A stretch of DNA of 64,000 nucleotides from Chitinophagales bacterium (lineage in GTDB: Bacteria > Bacteroidota > Bacteroidia > Chitinophagales > LD1), in the NCBI GenBank assembly GCA_044226285.1, contig JBGAHI010000009.1, forward strand, positions 69,014-133,013, in the 5' to 3' direction. This document shows positions 53,274 to 64,000 of this stretch, one piece after another. The number at the start of each line of letters is the position of its first letter. Position 1 is the first letter of the stretch. Below the pieces are notes generated by a model that was not told where the DNA came from, did no database searches, and saw nothing but the letters and a program-made list of their open reading frames with translations. The translations under genes and the position numbers were made by a program.

Positions 53274-54362
53274 ATGAAAAATAGACGCATTTACTTTTTG
53301 GGAATATTGTTTGGCTTATTGGCCATTGCCTCTTGTAAGAAGACAACAACGGATCCGCCAAATACAAAAGTATCTTTAAAAAATGTTTATACCCTTGCGG
53401 GTGGAGGTCCGTCCTATGCCGATGGCCAAGGTACTTCGGCAAAATTTTTCTTCCCTGTTGGGATTGCCACCGATGCCAATGGAACAATTTATTTAGCAGA
53501 TTACAACAACTATAAAATACGTAAAATAACTTCGTCCGGTATAGTGTCTACAATTGCAGGTAGCGGTGGAGTAGGTACTGGTTCCGGAAATGTAGATGGA
53601 AATGGAACTGCTGCTCAATTTGCAGGTCCAAAAGATTTAGTGGTGGATGCTTCCGGAAACATTTATGTAACTGATGCCGGTAATTCGAGTATTCGAAAAA
53701 TTACGCCAAGTGGCGATGTAACTACATTTGCGGGTGGCACCTATGGCTATGCAGACGGCACGGGAACTAATGCACAATTCAAATCTCCCCAAGCTATTGT
53801 AATTGATGCTTCAGGTAATTTGTATGTAAATGATTATGATGATTTTAGAATTCGAAAGATAACTCCAACTGGTGTTGTTACTACATTTGCAGGAGATGGT
53901 ACTTCAGGGTTAAACGATGGTGCAGGTTCCGCTGCACAGTTTTTTATTCCACATGGATTAGGGATTGATAAACAAAACAATTTATATCTCGCTGATGGGA
54001 ACAGAATTCGAAAGATATCTGCAAGTGGAATTGTAACAACAGTTTCGGGCTCTACAAGGGGATATCGCGATGGATTTACCGGAGATGCCTTATTCAAAAG
54101 TGTTGAAGATATAGCTGTGGATGATGCCGGAAATTTGTATATATCCGAAGCTTTTCAAGCCAATAGAATTAGGAAAATTACACCGGAAGGGGTAGTCACA
54201 ACGTTAACCGGAAGTACTGTTGATAATGGCGTTTCGGGTAATGTAGACGGACTGTTGTCGGAAGCTGCTTTTAACTACCCTAAAGGCTTAGCATTCGACA
54301 AAAACGGAGTATTGTATGTTACCGATAGCTATAATCATGCTGTTCGAAAGATTGCTGATTAA
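53274..54362 (+). CDS. NHL-repeat beta-propeller lipoprotein
   Basis: 362 aa with the lipobox LAIASCKK. There are six or seven repeats of the form G..YV.D..N..IRKITP.G.VTT.AG. Confidence 0.85.
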   Translation: MKNRRIYFLGILFGLLAIASCKKTTTDPPNTKVSLKNVYTLAGGGPSYADGQGTSAKFFFPVGIATDANGTIYLADYNNYKIRKITSSGIVSTIAGSGGVGTGSGNVDGNGTAAQFAGPKDLVVDASGNIYVTDAGNSSIRKITPSGDVTTFAGGTYGYADGTGTNAQFKSPQAIVIDASGNLYVNDYDDFRIRKITPTGVVTTFAGDGTSGLNDGAGSAAQFFIPHGLGIDKQNNLYLADGNRIRKISASGIVTTVSGSTRGYRDGFTGDALFKSVEDIAVDDAGNLYISEAFQANRIRKITPEGVVTTLTGSTVDNGVSGNVDGLLSEAAFNYPKGLAFDKNGVLYVTDSYNHAVRKIAD

Positions 54363-54382
54363 ATGTCATTTACATAAAACAG

Positions 54383-54419
54383 AAACGGGACTAACATTTT
54401 CATGTAGTCCCGTTTTTTT
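54383..54419. terminator. Rho-independent terminator between convergent genes
   Basis: AAACGGGACTA-(11-nt loop)-TAGTCCCGTTT followed by TTTTT. Confidence 0.8.
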
Positions 54420-54437
54420 ATTTCTTCAATGAATGAA

Positions 54438-55664
54438 TTACATATCCAACAACAAATCCACAGGATCTGCGCCTAGCAACATTTTAGATGGATTTTCCAA
54501 GAAGTCTTTTACCGCTACCAAGAAACCAACTGATTCTTTTCCGTCAATAACACGGTGGTCGTAAGATAAGGCTACGTACATCATCGGACGAACCTCAATT
54601 TTGCCGTCAATTACCATCGGACGATCTTGTACTTTATGCATACCCAAAATAGCCGATTGCGGTGGGTTGATGATTGGAGTCGACATTAATGAACCAAACA
54701 CTCCACCATTCGAAATAGTGAATGTTCCACCACTCATATCATCCATAGTCAATAAACCGTCACGGCCTTTAATAGCCAATGCTTTCACCGATTTCTCGAT
54801 TTCTGCTAAGCTCAACGATTCTGCATTTCTGATTACAGGTACCACTAAACCTTTTGGTGTTGAAACAGCAATAGATATATCGCAGTAATCGTGGAATACT
54901 AGGTTGCCTTCTTCAATGTATGCGTTTACAGCAGGATATTTCTCCAACGCCAAACAAACGGCTTTCGTGAAGAACGACATCATCCCTAAGCTCACTTCAT
55001 GTTTTTTCTTGAAGGCTTCTCCCATTTTCTCGCGAATCTTGTTGATGTTGGTCATATCTACCTCGTTGAACGTAGTTAGCATGGCCGTTGAGTTTTTCGA
55101 GTACACCAAACGATCGGAAATGGTTTTACGCAAACGACTCATTTTCTCCACACGCTCTACTCTCGAGAAGGCTTCACGCACTGCACCGCCTTTTTTATTC
55201 TGAATGGCCTTTAAAGCATCTTCTTTGGTAATTCTACCGCCAATGCCAGAGCCTTTTACATCCGTGTTTTTTACACCACCTTCTGCTAAAATTTTCTGTG
55301 CAGCAGGAGATGGATGTCCGCTTGCAGCCGAATTTTTCGTTTCTTCAACTTTCTTCACTTCTGCTTTTGGAGCAGCCGTTTCAACTGCCTTAACTTCTAC
55401 TTTAGGCGCTTCTACTTTCACAGGAGCAGCGGCAGTTTCATCGATAGTAGCTACCAAAGCGCCTACTTTCAAATCGTCACCTTCTGCGGCTACAAATTTC
55501 ACTTTTCCTGCCACAGGTGCAGGTAATTCCTGCGATGCTTTATCGGTCTCTACTTCGCAAATCGGTTGATCGAGTTGCACATAATCTCCGTCTTTCACCA
55601 AAAATTTGGAAAGGGTAACCTCGGTAATGGATTCGGCTACGTTCGGAATTCTGAGTTCTGTCAT
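54438..55664 (-). CDS. sucB: Dihydrolipoyllysine-residue succinyltransferase (2-oxoglutarate dehydrogenase E2)
   Basis: 408 aa. It has a lipoyl domain (VETDKAS), an Ala/Pro linker, a subunit-binding domain and the catalytic motif [10 protein letters not shown]. Confidence 0.95.
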   Translation of the reverse strand: MTELRIPNVAESITEVTLSKFLVKDGDYVQLDQPICEVETDKASQELPAPVAGKVKFVAAEGDDLKVGALVATIDETAAAPVKVEAPKVEVKAVETAAPKAEVKKVEETKNSAASGHPSPAAQKILAEGGVKNTDVKGSGIGGRITKEDALKAIQNKKGGAVREAFSRVERVEKMSRLRKTISDRLVYSKNSTAMLTTFNEVDMTNINKIREKMGEAFKKKHEVSLGMMSFFTKAVCLALEKYPAVNAYIEEGNLVFHDYCDISIAVSTPKGLVVPVIRNAESLSLAEIEKSVKALAIKGRDGLLTMDDMSGGTFTISNGGVFGSLMSTPIINPPQSAILGMHKVQDRPMVIDGKIEVRPMMYVALSYDHRVIDGKESVGFLVAVKDFLENPSKMLLGADPVDLLLDM

Positions 55665-55674
55665 AATGTATTTT

Positions 55675-58383
55675 TTATTCGAATGATTTGGTCAATATAT
55701 CTAAATTCTCTTTGGCATGCGATTTCTTAAAGCCTGTTGCCGGTGAAGCACTTAATTTACGGCTCACACAAGTCATTGGCAGTTTATCGTAAAGGTTGGT
55801 GAACAAGAACGTCCATGCCCCCATGTTTTTCGGTTCATCTTGTACCCAAACAAAATCAGCTTTTGCATATTTCTTGCGAATCGCCAACAATTGTTTTTCC
55901 GGTAGTGGATATAACTGCTCGATACGCACAATGGCAACATCGGTGATCTTTTCATCGCGTTGTTTTTTCAATAAGTCGAAATACAAACGACCGGAAACCA
56001 ACAATACCTTGCGTACTTTTTTCGCGTCTACATTTTCGTCATCCAATACTTCTTTGAAACCGCCAGTTTGAATTTTCGAGATGTCTGAAATACAATCAGG
56101 GTGACGTAAGCCCGATTTCGGTGTCATTACAATCAACGGTTTACGGAATTCCCATGTTAACTGACGTCTCAAGCAATGGAAGTAGTTAGCTGGATCCGTG
56201 ATATTCACCACTACCATATTCAACTCAGCACACATTTGCAAGAAACGCTCTAAACGTGCTGATGAGTGTTCAGGACCTTGTCCTTCGTAACCGTGTGGTA
56301 ATAACATCACCAAACCGGTAGAATGGTTCCATTTACTTTCTCCTGCAGCAATAAACTGGTCGATGATAATTTGCGCCCCATTGGCGAAATCTCCGAACTG
56401 CGCTTCCCAAAGTACCAAGTTATCAGGCGATACCATAGCATAGCCGTATTCAAAGCCTAACACACCATATTCCGATAAATGCGAGTTGATGATGAACATC
56501 TTTCCTTGCTTATCGCTCAAGTTGCTTAAACGGCAATATTCTGCATCGTTGCGCTCATCAGTTAATACAGCATGACGGTGCGTAAACGTTCCTCGCTTCA
56601 CATCCTCTCCACTTAATCGAACGCTTTTGCCTTCCATCAATAAACTGCCATAAGCCATTAATTCGGCTGCAGCCCAGTCAATCGTTCCTTTTTCTTCAAT
56701 TCTTGCTTTTGCATCGCTCAATTGCTTGGCGATTTTTTTCAACGGTTGAAAATCGGCAGGAATGGTGAATAAGCCTTTCACTAACGCATCAACCGTTTTC
56801 TTGTTGATAGCCGTTTTAGGGGATTCTTCGAAATCTTTTTCAGTAGCTCTGCGTAATTTTTCCCACGCTTCTTCGCTTTTGTGTTTCTTGTTGGTTAGTG
56901 GGGTCTGACGAACTGAATCCAAGCGCGCTTGCAAATCGGCCCAGAATTCTTTCTCCATTTTTTGCGCCAACTCAGCGCTCAAAGAACCTTCTGCTTCTAG
57001 TTTTGCAGAATAGATATCGCGTGGGTTAACATGCGTATCAATCAACTTGTACATACCCGGTTGGGTGTATTTCGGATCGTCACTTTCGTTGTGGCCCCAT
57101 TTACGGTAACACACCATATCGATGAAAATATCTTTGTTGAATTGCTGACGATATTCTGTTGCTAATTCAGCCGCAAAAACCACGGCTTCAATATCATCTC
57201 CATTTACGTGCAATACAGGAGCATCAATGGTTCCGGCAATCGATGAGCAATAATCCGATGAACGGGCATCATCAAAATTGGTGGTGAAACCAATTTGGTT
57301 GTTAATCACAAAGTGCAAGGTTCCTCCGGTATAATAGCCTTTCAATTTCGCCATTTGCAATACTTCGTACACAATACCTTGACCGGCTACAGCCGCATCA
57401 CCATGAATAAGAATTGGTAAAATTTTATCGTAATCGGAATTGAAAACGTAATCGGCTTGTGAACGTGCAATACCTTCTACTACAGGGTTTACTGCCTCTA
57501 GATGCGAAGGATTCGGAGCTAGTTTCAAATACACATGCTTGTCTTCATCTGTTGTATAGTGCGAAGCATAGCCCATATGGTATTTCACATCGCCATCGCC
57601 CATGGTAGGGTCGCCCACCATGTTCCCTTCAAATTCATTGAATACCTCTTCGTAAGTTTTGCCCAAGATGTTCACCAACACATTCAAACGACCACGGTGC
57701 GCCATGCCCACCACTACTTCTTCAACGCCAGTGCGGGAAGCCGTGTTAATGATACCATCTAAAGCAGGAATAGTGGTTTCACCACCTTCTAGCGAGAAAC
57801 GTTTTTCGCCAATGTATTTTGTGCCCAAGAATTTCTCGAAAACTACTGCTTGATTCAATTTGCGAAGAATGCGCTCTTTTTGCTTTGCAGAGAAGTTGAT
57901 GAGTTTATCTGATTTCTCCAGTTTGTTGCGGAAGAAATCTACTTCTTCTTTTACGCGTACATAACCGATTTCAAAACCGATGGTGCCGCAATAAGTGTTT
58001 TTTAACTTTGTGAAAATATCGCGCAATGAAGCATTCGGTAAGCCGATTTCACTACCGATTTGGAATTTTTTATCTAAATCCTTTTCCGATAAGCCGAATT
58101 CTTCGAGTTCGAGGTTGGCTTTACGGTCTTTGCGCTTACGAAGCGGATTCGTGTCGGCAATCAAATGACCTTTTCTGCGATAGGCTTTAATGAGGTTGAA
58201 CACTTTAAACTCGTCAGCCGAAACGGAACCCGATTTTCCGTTGTAGTTTAGGGTAGCAAAGTCAAATCCTTCAAAAAACTTTCTGAATTCTTTGTCTACT
58301 GATTCCGGATTTGCTTTGAAATCCAAGTACAGATTTTCTAAATATTCGGGAGTGGCGTTCGTTAAGTAGCTGTAATTGTCCAT
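55675..58383 (-). CDS. sucA: 2-oxoglutarate dehydrogenase E1 component
   Basis: 902 aa with typical E1o blocks ([59 protein letters not shown]). Confidence 0.96.
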   Translation of the reverse strand: MDNYSYLTNATPEYLENLYLDFKANPESVDKEFRKFFEGFDFATLNYNGKSGSVSADEFKVFNLIKAYRRKGHLIADTNPLRKRKDRKANLELEEFGLSEKDLDKKFQIGSEIGLPNASLRDIFTKLKNTYCGTIGFEIGYVRVKEEVDFFRNKLEKSDKLINFSAKQKERILRKLNQAVVFEKFLGTKYIGEKRFSLEGGETTIPALDGIINTASRTGVEEVVVGMAHRGRLNVLVNILGKTYEEVFNEFEGNMVGDPTMGDGDVKYHMGYASHYTTDEDKHVYLKLAPNPSHLEAVNPVVEGIARSQADYVFNSDYDKILPILIHGDAAVAGQGIVYEVLQMAKLKGYYTGGTLHFVINNQIGFTTNFDDARSSDYCSSIAGTIDAPVLHVNGDDIEAVVFAAELATEYRQQFNKDIFIDMVCYRKWGHNESDDPKYTQPGMYKLIDTHVNPRDIYSAKLEAEGSLSAELAQKMEKEFWADLQARLDSVRQTPLTNKKHKSEEAWEKLRRATEKDFEESPKTAINKKTVDALVKGLFTIPADFQPLKKIAKQLSDAKARIEEKGTIDWAAAELMAYGSLLMEGKSVRLSGEDVKRGTFTHRHAVLTDERNDAEYCRLSNLSDKQGKMFIINSHLSEYGVLGFEYGYAMVSPDNLVLWEAQFGDFANGAQIIIDQFIAAGESKWNHSTGLVMLLPHGYEGQGPEHSSARLERFLQMCAELNMVVVNITDPANYFHCLRRQLTWEFRKPLIVMTPKSGLRHPDCISDISKIQTGGFKEVLDDENVDAKKVRKVLLVSGRLYFDLLKKQRDEKITDVAIVRIEQLYPLPEKQLLAIRKKYAKADFVWVQDEPKNMGAWTFLFTNLYDKLPMTCVSRKLSASPATGFKKSHAKENLDILTKSFE

Positions 58384-58591
58384 CGTGTATTTTCAAATGT
58401 GTGCGAAAATAGGGTTATTAATGTTTTTATAAATAAAATACGCAGGAAAATATTAAACAATAACAAATTAGATAAGATTTCTTTCAAGTGTAAAGAGATT
58501 ACGCCTTTAATTTGTTAAACAGCAGGTGAGAGGTAATGGTAACGAATGTTGAAATTACTGAGGTACTGAATTAAGCCTGAAAAACTATTCT

Positions 58592-59788
58592 TTATTGCAA
58601 TCGAGGCTTAAAATAACTAATCCCCAATTTAAACATAAAGTATTGAGCTGTTTGATTTTGGGTGTCAAATATTTGATAACTATATCCTCCATCTAAATGG
58701 AGTTTTATTTGTTTGGTCAGTCTTACATTTATTCCAAGGAGTGCTTCAAAGGCTCCAATGTTTTTTCCAATATGTATTTGGTTAGCGTTTTGATCGTAAC
58801 GTTTCCCTTCATTCAATAGAATGCCAAAGCCTTCTGAAAGTATAACTTCCGGACTAACAATCTTATCACCGAGGATTGAAACATGTTGCAGCCCATAGAC
58901 GGTGCCAAAACTATAGTTTGTAGCATTGCTGCCGGTAAACATGTTATATCCAATACCTGCACCAAGGGAAAAGTATGGATTGAATTTATACGCAAACGTA
59001 TTATTGACTCCAAATCCAATTGCGTTGCTTGTTACATTGCTCTGTCTAGTAATGGATTTGTTAGGAAAATACATCTGTAAAAAGAAATAATCAATAAAAC
59101 CTTGTTTTCTCAGCTTTGCCGAATCTACTTTTTTGACTTCAAATGTAGGGTCACTAATAGGCTGAAAAGCTATGTTAACAGGTGCTTGAGTTACAGAAGT
59201 TTCATCTTTTTTTAATTCTTTGATCTCACTAAAATTAAACACAAAAATGCTTTTGTCTGTAGTCATCACTTTAACCGTTTCATTTGGGGTTAGCTCAACA
59301 ATATTGCATTTAATTTCACTTCCATTTTTTAGATAAAGGATATGTGTAGTCGTACTTATGCTTGTAGATGGTGTATTTGAAATTTTAGCTGAGCCCAATT
59401 CAATTCCATCAATTGCCAATAGTTCCCCTTTTTCAACAGCTTGAGTAATCAATACTTGGTTGAAAGCTGTTAACTTGTTACGAATGTAAATGACATACTT
59501 ATTTGTGCTTTTGTAGTAGTAAATAGATTGTACATAGAACTGGGTATAGGAGTATTTTTTGTCTAAATTGATAGTAGTACGTCCTCCACCTTGTAATATT
59601 CTCTCTTCGTATATGTAAACAAAATCTCCATTGGTGTTACTTCCTAACCCTAATGAAAAAATAGAGCCTTTTCTGATTACAATTGACTTCCCGTTCACAT
59701 TAACGGTAACTGTTTCTGCCTTCTTTTGAGCAAATGCAATTGAAAAATGTAGTAAAATTAGTACTGAAAGTAAAAGGTGCTTTTTCAT
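58592..59788 (-). CDS. Secreted/outer-membrane protein of unknown function with a C-terminal beta-barrel-like region
   Basis: The ATG at 59788 gives MKKHLLLSVLILLHFSIAFAQ. The track ORF extends to 59935 without a signal peptide. The C-terminal third has an alternating beta-strand pattern. Confidence 0.6.
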   Translation of the reverse strand: MKKHLLLSVLILLHFSIAFAQKKAETVTVNVNGKSIVIRKGSIFSLGLGSNTNGDFVYIYEERILQGGGRTTINLDKKYSYTQFYVQSIYYYKSTNKYVIYIRNKLTAFNQVLITQAVEKGELLAIDGIELGSAKISNTPSTSISTTTHILYLKNGSEIKCNIVELTPNETVKVMTTDKSIFVFNFSEIKELKKDETSVTQAPVNIAFQPISDPTFEVKKVDSAKLRKQGFIDYFFLQMYFPNKSITRQSNVTSNAIGFGVNNTFAYKFNPYFSLGAGIGYNMFTGSNATNYSFGTVYGLQHVSILGDKIVSPEVILSEGFGILLNEGKRYDQNANQIHIGKNIGAFEALLGINVRLTKQIKLHLDGGYSYQIFDTQNQTAQYFMFKLGISYFKPRLQ

Positions 59789-60081
59789 AATGGGTGTGAA
59801 ATTGATTTCAACAAAAGTAATATTTTGGTTTATCTTTTTATCCTCAGCATCAAAAGGCGTAAGTAGTATTTTGTTGCGATTTATTGTTTGTATGGTTGTT
59901 GCTGAATTACAAGTGGTATTCTTTGCTTCAATCAAGAGCAGCAGTAACCTTTCACCGGATTCAGCGTACTAGATTAAACGCTTAGGTAGTTCGTGTCAAT
60001 CGCTTGTCGAAATATTTATATTACTTTGGTGGGAACGGCTAAGCTGTTTTACTTTCAATCAAAACGTTTTTAAATCATTGT

Positions 60082-61917
60082 ATGAAACATCTCTTTACAA
60101 CGTTTCTCTTTTTTATCATTACCATAAAAATGCTTGCACAGCCTGTCAATACACAATTTGGACAAGTGCAGGGAGCTGTGAATGGAACAGTGTATCAGTT
60201 TTTAGGGATACCTTTTGCTTCACCTCCGGTAGATAGTTTACGTTGGAAAGCACCTCGAAATCCCAATAGCTGGGCAAGTGTTTTAACGACTACCAGTTTT
60301 GCTCCGGTTTGTCCGCAAAAGAGCTACGATCAAGGCGGAGTGCACGATACCATTGTGGGCAACGAAGATTGTTTGTATTTGAATGTTTGGTCGCCACAGT
60401 TAGGTTCTGCCAATTTGCCTGTGATGGTTTTTATTCATGGAGGCGGAAACCAGCAGGGAAGTGCTAGCGAGGTGAGTGCAGGAGCACAAATTTATTTCGG
60501 CAAGAATCTTTCTTCGCGCGGGAATGTTGTAGTGGTTACCATTCAATATCGCTTAGGGCCTTTAGGGTTTTTGGTGCATCCGGGTTTAGAGGCCGAGAAT
60601 GCAAATGCTACCGCAGGTAACTATGCCGTAATGGATCAAATACTTGCCTTAAAGTGGGTGCAAAACAACATCGCTAATTTTGGTGGCGATCCAACTCGCG
60701 TGATGATTTTTGGCGAAAGTGCCGGTGGGGTAGATGTTGGTAATTTACTGATAAGTCCGTTAGCTTCAGGTTTGTTTCAGCGTGCTGCCATACAATCCGC
60801 TATTCCGGTATTGGCCGATTATACTTCAGCTAAAACTAATGGTATTCATTTTGTCGATAGTTTTACCACAACAGGCACCGATGCACAGAAAATTAGTTAC
60901 ATGCGTTCGTTGCCGGCCGATTCGTTAGTTAAATACGAAGCTCCACCGGTAATTGGTGGTGCAGTGGGTATGCATTGGCAGTCGGTAGTCGATAATATTC
61001 ATTTTCTCGATTATCCCACAGCTCGTATCCAATCCGGGAATTTCAATAAGGTGCCACTTGTAATTGGTTCAAACGCTGAAGAAATGAGCTTGTCTGTCCC
61101 TCAAACCATAACTCCGGCAATGGTCACAGCACTCATTAACAGTAAACTCCCTGTTGCCTTTCGAGCACAAGCGGCTACATTGTATCCGGCAGGTACCACC
61201 AATGCGGAAGCTAAAGTATCGTACATCGGTCTATTAACTGATGGGCAGTTTACCGCCACAACTAGACGAATAGCCCGTTGTATCAGCCAAAATCAAACCG
61301 AGCCGGTATATCGCTATTTCTTTTCTCACAAACACACTGTGGCAGCGCTCACGCCTTATGGCAGTTATCACGGCATGGAGTTGTTTTATGTTTTTAATAA
61401 CTGGGAGAATGCCACATTGGGCACTGGACCGCTATTCAAAGCGCAAGATGATTCAGTGCAAAAGGCCATGTTAGCGTATTGGACAAATTTTGCTAAAACC
61501 GGAAACCCAAATGCTTCCGGGTTAGTAAATTGGCCGCAATACCAAAGCGCACCTGATTGCTATTTGGAAATCAAAGCAACACCTGATGGCAGCGCATGTG
61601 GGTTGCGAACGGCTAAATCCGATTTTTGGGATGCCGTGAGTAGTTTTACAGGATGTACAACCAGTGTTGGTATTGAGCATATCGGAGGTGATTATTTGCT
61701 TTCCATTTATCCAAATCCAACGAATGGACTGTTTCAACTGCATATTTCAGATGGACAGCAAGTGGAGGAAGTGAATGTGTATAATACTTTCGGACAGAGA
61801 GTGTTTACATCAGCGAATGTCAATACAATCGACCTAACTTCACAAAGCGAAGGAGTGTATTTGGTGGAGGTGAAAAGCGGAGGTAAGACGATGAATGGGA
61901 AACTGACAAAGCTATAA
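60082..61917 (+). CDS. Type-B carboxylesterase/lipase-family enzyme with a T9SS type A C-terminal sorting domain
   Basis: 611 aa with a signal peptide. It has the oxyanion region EDCLYLNVW...FIHGGG, the nucleophile elbow FGESAGG, and the C-terminal sorting domain ...IYPNPTNGLFQLH...GVYLVEVKSGGKTMNGKLTKL. Confidence 0.9.
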   Translation: MKHLFTTFLFFIITIKMLAQPVNTQFGQVQGAVNGTVYQFLGIPFASPPVDSLRWKAPRNPNSWASVLTTTSFAPVCPQKSYDQGGVHDTIVGNEDCLYLNVWSPQLGSANLPVMVFIHGGGNQQGSASEVSAGAQIYFGKNLSSRGNVVVVTIQYRLGPLGFLVHPGLEAENANATAGNYAVMDQILALKWVQNNIANFGGDPTRVMIFGESAGGVDVGNLLISPLASGLFQRAAIQSAIPVLADYTSAKTNGIHFVDSFTTTGTDAQKISYMRSLPADSLVKYEAPPVIGGAVGMHWQSVVDNIHFLDYPTARIQSGNFNKVPLVIGSNAEEMSLSVPQTITPAMVTALINSKLPVAFRAQAATLYPAGTTNAEAKVSYIGLLTDGQFTATTRRIARCISQNQTEPVYRYFFSHKHTVAALTPYGSYHGMELFYVFNNWENATLGTGPLFKAQDDSVQKAMLAYWTNFAKTGNPNASGLVNWPQYQSAPDCYLEIKATPDGSACGLRTAKSDFWDAVSSFTGCTTSVGIEHIGGDYLLSIYPNPTNGLFQLHISDGQQVEEVNVYNTFGQRVFTSANVNTIDLTSQSEGVYLVEVKSGGKTMNGKLTKL

Positions 61918-61922
61918 TCGAA

Positions 61923-61954
61923 AACGCCACCAATGCTGCTGCAATGATGGCGTT
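61923..61954. terminator. Imperfect hairpin between convergent genes
   Basis: AACGCCACCAATGC-TGCT-GCAATGATGGCGTT, with 12 of 14 positions paired. Confidence 0.45.
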
Positions 61955-61974
61955 ACTCTATTTATGAAGAAGAA

Positions 61975-62361
61975 TTATCCTTTCTTTTCGTCACTTGAGC
62001 CAAACAATCCACTCAGTTTGTTTTGAATGTCTTTTACGGCTTCGGTGGCTTGAACAGAAAGTTCGGCCATTTTGATGGTGGCTTCGTCAATCACTTCTTT
62101 CCCTTTTTCTTCCAATTCTTTCAATCGAGCTTCTGCTTCCGGAGTTAATTCTGCAACTTTCAATTTAGCCTGATCGATTAGCACATTGGCTTGAGTTTGC
62201 ATATCGGCTGTTAGTTCTTCCGCTTTCGCACCAAATTCGGTTGCTTTTTCTGCTGCCATTTTCGAAGCGGTATCGGCCAATTTCTCGGCACTACCCAGCA
62301 ATTCGTTTATTTTTTCTTTTCCTTCTTCTAAGAAATCGTTTACGTTGTTTTTGTTGTCCAT
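61975..62361 (-). CDS. Small all-helical, Ala/Glu/Lys-rich protein (YtxH/apolipoprotein-like stress protein type)
   Basis: 128 aa with low complexity and a coiled-coil-like heptad character. No TM segment. Confidence 0.55.
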   Translation of the reverse strand: MDNKNNVNDFLEEGKEKINELLGSAEKLADTASKMAAEKATEFGAKAEELTADMQTQANVLIDQAKLKVAELTPEAEARLKELEEKGKEVIDEATIKMAELSVQATEAVKDIQNKLSGLFGSSDEKKG

Positions 62362-62477
62362 GGTATCTATAATTTATGCATTAAAGATAGCAAAGTCCTT
62401 ACCAAACTCTGTTAAGTCTGTCCAATTGGCATATACTTTCTTAGATTTCTTTAATTTCGATCTATAAAAAGCACATT

Positions 62478-63047
62478 ATGTCTACGGCCTACCTTCCAAG
62501 CGTGATAAAGCAGTTTGAGTATTATAAACAGTTAGGTGAGAAAACCTTTGCTCAGCTCAGCGATGAGCAATTGTTTCAGCAATACAATGCTGAAAGTAAC
62601 AGTATTGCAACAATAGTAAAGCACTTATGGGGGAATATGCTGTCGCGATGGACGGATTTCTTAACCACTGATGGTGAAAAGGAATGGCGCAAACGCGATG
62701 CCGAATTCGACAATGATATTCAAACACGGGAGGAGTTAATGGCGAAATGGAACGAAGGATGGAATTGCTTTTTCAATGCAATACATCCATTAACGGAAGA
62801 AGATTTAGGTCGCGAAATCTTTATTCGCAACCAAGGACATACTGTAATGGAGGCCATTAATCGACAGTTGGCGCATTATCCCTATCATGTAGGACAAATT
62901 GTGTTTATCGGAAAAATGTTTTGCGATAAGCCATGGGAATCCTTGTCTATTCCCCGAGGGAATTCAAATGCTTATAATGCCAACAAGTTTGCTCAGCCGA
63001 AGCAAAAGGCGCACTTCACAGATGAGTTCCTGAACAAAAAAGAATAA
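62478..63047 (+). CDS. DinB-superfamily protein (DUF1572-like)
   Basis: 189 aa with the motifs IVKHLWGNMLSRWTDF and RQLAHYPYHVGQIVFIGK. Confidence 0.75.
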   Translation: MSTAYLPSVIKQFEYYKQLGEKTFAQLSDEQLFQQYNAESNSIATIVKHLWGNMLSRWTDFLTTDGEKEWRKRDAEFDNDIQTREELMAKWNEGWNCFFNAIHPLTEEDLGREIFIRNQGHTVMEAINRQLAHYPYHVGQIVFIGKMFCDKPWESLSIPRGNSNAYNANKFAQPKQKAHFTDEFLNKKE

Positions 63048-63113
63048 CAGTAGATTTCATTTTTCGCGTCTTTCCGAAAAAATCATTAATTCGCGTTATA
63101 AAACCCATTCATT

Positions 63114-63680
63114 ATGAAAAAAAATGTAATAGCCCTATTTGCAAGTCTTATCTTTTTTGCCGCATTTGCCCAAAACAAGCCTACAGTAACTTGGTTTGGC
63201 GTTGATTTCACTAAAGCAAAAATGATTGGGAAAAAGGGGTTCAGAGAGCCCAAAACAATACAGTCGTACTATTTGCGTAAATGGAATGAAGAAATTCTGC
63301 GACAAGACGGGAAATTCAATTTGAAAATATATGCGAAAAGAGGTAAGGTATTAACAAATTTAGATGTTGTAAATGCCCAAAATGATAAGGTGGACGCTGA
63401 CCAATTGGTTATAAGTGAAAAATATTCCATTACAGAAGGTGATGTTCAAAGTGTGGTAAGTAATTATGTTGGGAAAGGCAGTGGAAATGGAATTGTGATG
63501 GTTGTAGAAAGTTTTAACAAGAAAAAGAAAAAAGCCTATATCTATCCGGTTCTGTTTGATATTGCATCAGGGAATATCATTAAAATGAAAAAACAAAAAG
63601 GGAAAGCCGGAGGAATGGGCTTCCGCAATTATTGGATTGGCGCAATTTTCCATGTCATGCGAAAAGGAATAAAAAAATAA
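63114..63680 (+). CDS. Secreted protein of unknown function
   Basis: 188 aa with the signal peptide MKKNVIALFASLIFFAAFAQ. Confidence 0.6.
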   Translation: MKKNVIALFASLIFFAAFAQNKPTVTWFGVDFTKAKMIGKKGFREPKTIQSYYLRKWNEEILRQDGKFNLKIYAKRGKVLTNLDVVNAQNDKVDADQLVISEKYSITEGDVQSVVSNYVGKGSGNGIVMVVESFNKKKKKAYIYPVLFDIASGNIIKMKKQKGKAGGMGFRNYWIGAIFHVMRKGIKK

Positions 63681-63732
63681 AGGCAATTTTTGTGTTCAGG
63701 TGTCTTTAAAGAGGCAGAGAAAAGTTTCAGTC

Positions 63733-64000
63733 CTATTTACTGTAAAGCAATCTTTTATTTGTTCCCAAGAAAAAGAAATCCCTGCAACTATAGTCAGGGG
63801 CCAACCCTCCATTTGTACAAAATACCTTCTGATTACAATCGAGTACTAAGCTTTGGTAATCAGGACAGTTTTTGCATTCATTAATTAAAAAGTAATCGTT
63901 GCCTAAATAGTTGTAGCCATAAATTTCAAATCGGTTGTTCATACCGGATGATTCCATATTATTCTTAATATTTCTTAACCATTCAATTTGTTCTAATGGT
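63733..64000 (-). CDS. Cys-rich protein of unknown function, probably 5'-truncated by the window end
   Basis: The track lists 63733..63957 (74 aa). Hand translation shows the frame stays open upstream to the window edge (...PLEQIEWLRNIKNNMESSG...), so the true start may lie beyond 64000. Confidence 0.4.
   Translation of the reverse strand, partial: PLEQIEWLRNIKNNMESSGMNNRFEIYGYNYLGNDYFLINECKNCPDYQSLVLDCNQKVFCTNGGLAPDYSCRDFFFLGTNKRLLYSK

Overview
This 64-kb chromosomal segment looks like a Bacteroidota genome. The evidence is T9SS C-terminal sorting domains of both types, SprB-repeat giant adhesins, a ~310-aa NusB, many lipoproteins with a Cys lipobox, A-rich start contexts without a Shine-Dalgarno sequence, and TAnnTTTG -7 boxes. 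I count about 57 protein genes plus one tRNA-Leu(CAA). Most are core housekeeping genes: sufBCDS, hmgA, apt, kdsB with two glycosyltransferases, recQ, SUI1/YciH, a di-heme cytochrome c peroxidase, a CoA-disulfide-reductase/rhodanese fusion, pirin, a U32-family protein with a ferredoxin, an LpxL-type acyltransferase, an aspartate aminotransferase, a heptose-7-P kinase, nusB, a Leu/Val dehydrogenase, lolA, ftsK and sucAB. Surface and secreted accessory genes are interspersed among them. These are two giant adhesins (one truncated by the window edge and missing from the ORF track), two tandem paralogous T9SS cargo proteins, a T9SS carboxylesterase, an NHL-repeat lipoprotein and several small lipoproteins. 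I found no CRISPR array, transposase, integrase, prophage, toxin-antitoxin pair or recognisable defence gene. I also cannot point to a convincing self-contained novel multi-gene system. The best leads are modest: (1) a near-perfect CRP/FNR-type palindrome ahead of a CoADR-rhodanese/cytochrome c peroxidase pair inside a six-gene redox string; (2) a translationally coupled U32-protein/ferredoxin pair; (3) a PSCyt1-like lipoprotein with a CX4CH motif instead of CXXCH; (4) a 96%-identical 453-bp intragenic duplication and a thrombospondin-C-terminal-like lectin module in the 1870-aa adhesin; (5) a tandem partial gene duplication whose divergence is biased to synonymous sites; (6) a GC-rich repeat-like island and a palindrome in the suf leader; (7) a small operon of two membrane proteins plus an MtfA(M90)-SEC-C fusion. 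All functional calls rest on motif recognition by eye, because no searches could be run.
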